Positions 62,491 through 64,000 of a stretch of DNA of 64,000 nucleotides are shown piece after piece (the first letter of the stretch is position 1; each line of letters begins with the position of its first letter). The notes beneath the pieces were generated by a model. The model was given only the letters and a program-made list of their open reading frames with translations, was not told the DNA's origin and ran no database searches. The DNA lies in the NCBI GenBank assembly GCA_034780895.1, contig JAUZTB010000017.1:31071345-31135344 (forward strand). Direction: 5' to 3'. The DNA comes from Rhynchobatus australiae (taxonomy: Eukaryota). The translations under genes and the position numbers were made by a program.

Positions 62491-62706
62491 AATTTTGGAA
62501 CTGAACACTCCAGGTAAACATTCATGGAGGATCAAGTGTTCAGTTACAGCAGCTATTTAAATAGATCAATGACTAGATGCACTTTGTAGACTAATTTCTA
62601 CATGCTGCTGCTTCAATTGAGTAATGGTTTGGTGCTTTGTTGATTCCTTTAAAATTGCCAAACTGCTGAAGAAAGTTGTCTTGATCTCAAAGCTTCTGCA
62701 ACAAGC

Positions 62707-62809
62707 AAAACAAAAACAGAAAATGCTGGAAAAAATGAGCAGGTCAGGAGACGTGTGGAAGGAGAAATCTGATCTGCTGAATGCTTCCAGCATTTTCTGT
62801 TTTTATTTT
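62707..62809. repeat. Inverted repeat of Penelope-derived terminal sequence
   Basis: AAAACAAAAACAGAAAATGCTGGAA (62707-62731) versus TTCCAGCATTTTCTGTTTTTATTTT (62785-62809), 24/25 complementary; inner arms AGCAGGTCAG/CTGATCTGCT. Confidence 0.85.
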
Positions 62810-62880
62810 AGTTTTCTAGCATCTGGAGTTCTTTTCTGATTTGCGCAATAAGCAGTTGCTCTTGATCATGGGTGGAATAG

Positions 62881-63975
62881 ATCACATGGAATCCAGGGAG
62901 AGATAACTAATTGCATTTATAATTGGCTTGATGGTAGGAAGTAGAGTGTGAAGGTCAAAAGTTGTTTCTCGGACTGGAGGCCTGTGACTAGTGGTGTGCC
63001 ACAGGGATCAGTGCTGGGACCTTTGTTGTTCGTTATTTATATAAATGATTTGGATGTGAATGTACAAGGCATGGTTACTAAGTTTGCGAGTGATACTAAA
63101 ATAGGTGGTGTCATAGACAGTGAAGTGAAAAATTACAAGAGGGTTTTGATTAGTTAGGTACATGGGCCCAGGTTTGCCAAGAGGCTTTCAATTCAGTTAA
63201 GTGCAAGGTGTTGCACTTTAGAAAGTAAAACCAGGGTACGACTTATACAGTGAATGATTGGGCCCTGGCAAGTGCTATGGAACAGAGAGACCTCAGAGTA
63301 CAAGTACATAGTTCGCTGAAAGTAGTGTCACAGGTAAAGGCATGCTGGCCATTCATCAGTCAGGGCACTGAATATAGGAATTGGGACATTTTATGTTGCA
63401 GTTGTAAAAGACATTGGTGAGATCACACTTGGAATATTGTGCACAGTTTTGGCTCCCTGTTGTATGAAAGATATCATTAAATTGAAAAGAGTGCTAAGAG
63501 GATTCAAGAGGATGCTTCCAGGATTCAAGAGGATGCTTCCAGGATTCAAGGGCCTGAGTTATGGGGAGAGGTTTGGCAGACTAGGACTTTATTCCTTGGA
63601 AATAGGAGATTGAGGGATGACTTTACAGAGGTGTATAAAATCATGAGGGGTATAGATAAGGTGAATGCACATGGCCTTTTTCTCAGGGAAGGGGAACTAA
63701 AACCTAAAGGGCATGTGTTTAAGAGAGGTGATTTAAGAAGGACTTGGTCAACCTCTTCATGCAGAGCATAGTGTGTAGATGGAATGAGCTGGCAGAGGAA
63801 GTGGTTGAGGCAGGTATAATAACATTTAAAAGACATTTGGATAAGTACATGGATAAGAAGAGTTTAGAAGGATATGGGCCAAACATGAGCCAATGGGATT
63901 AGCTTGGTGGGCTCCATGGTAAGCATTGGGCCGAAGAGCCTTTCTCCATGCTGTATTACTCTGACTATGACTCTA
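62881..63975 (+). mobile_element. CR1 (HER1-like) LINE 3' fragment, relatively young
   Basis: [49 protein letters not shown] (ORF 62948-63157); CR1 tail ending CTGTATTACTCTGACTATGACTCTA; contains a 21-bp tandem duplication at 63500-63550. Confidence 0.95.
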
Positions 63976-64000
63976 TTAGTCAACATTCCATTTGGAGTGA

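Overview
Vertebrate genomic DNA with many N-gaps from a draft assembly. The repeat complement (CR1/HER1-like LINEs, V-SINE/HE1-like and DeuSINE-like SINEs, Rex1/Babar, L2, RTE, Penelope-like elements, Harbinger fossils) points to a cartilaginous fish (shark or ray; inference). The window looks like introns of a large + strand gene: one well-supported 286-nt coding exon (30428-30713; protein not recognised) and a few weaker candidate small exons. Almost all ORFs in the supplied track are repeat remnants, antisense frames or N-gap artefacts. Points of most interest: (i) a CpG-retaining ~1.8 kb island (23.64-25.45 kb) that matches no repeat family I recognise and carries decayed minus-strand reading frames, a twice-repeated PPKLIG motif with different codons, and a possible Ulp1-like protease motif series; (ii) several Penelope-associated minimal hammerhead ribozyme motifs; (iii) a Harbinger transposase pseudogene missed by the ORF track, plus Myb/SANT partner-gene fossils; (iv) a multi-layer nested insertion stack at 15.3-17.2 kb. 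All family assignments come from recalled consensus motifs, not database searches, and repeat boundaries are approximate.
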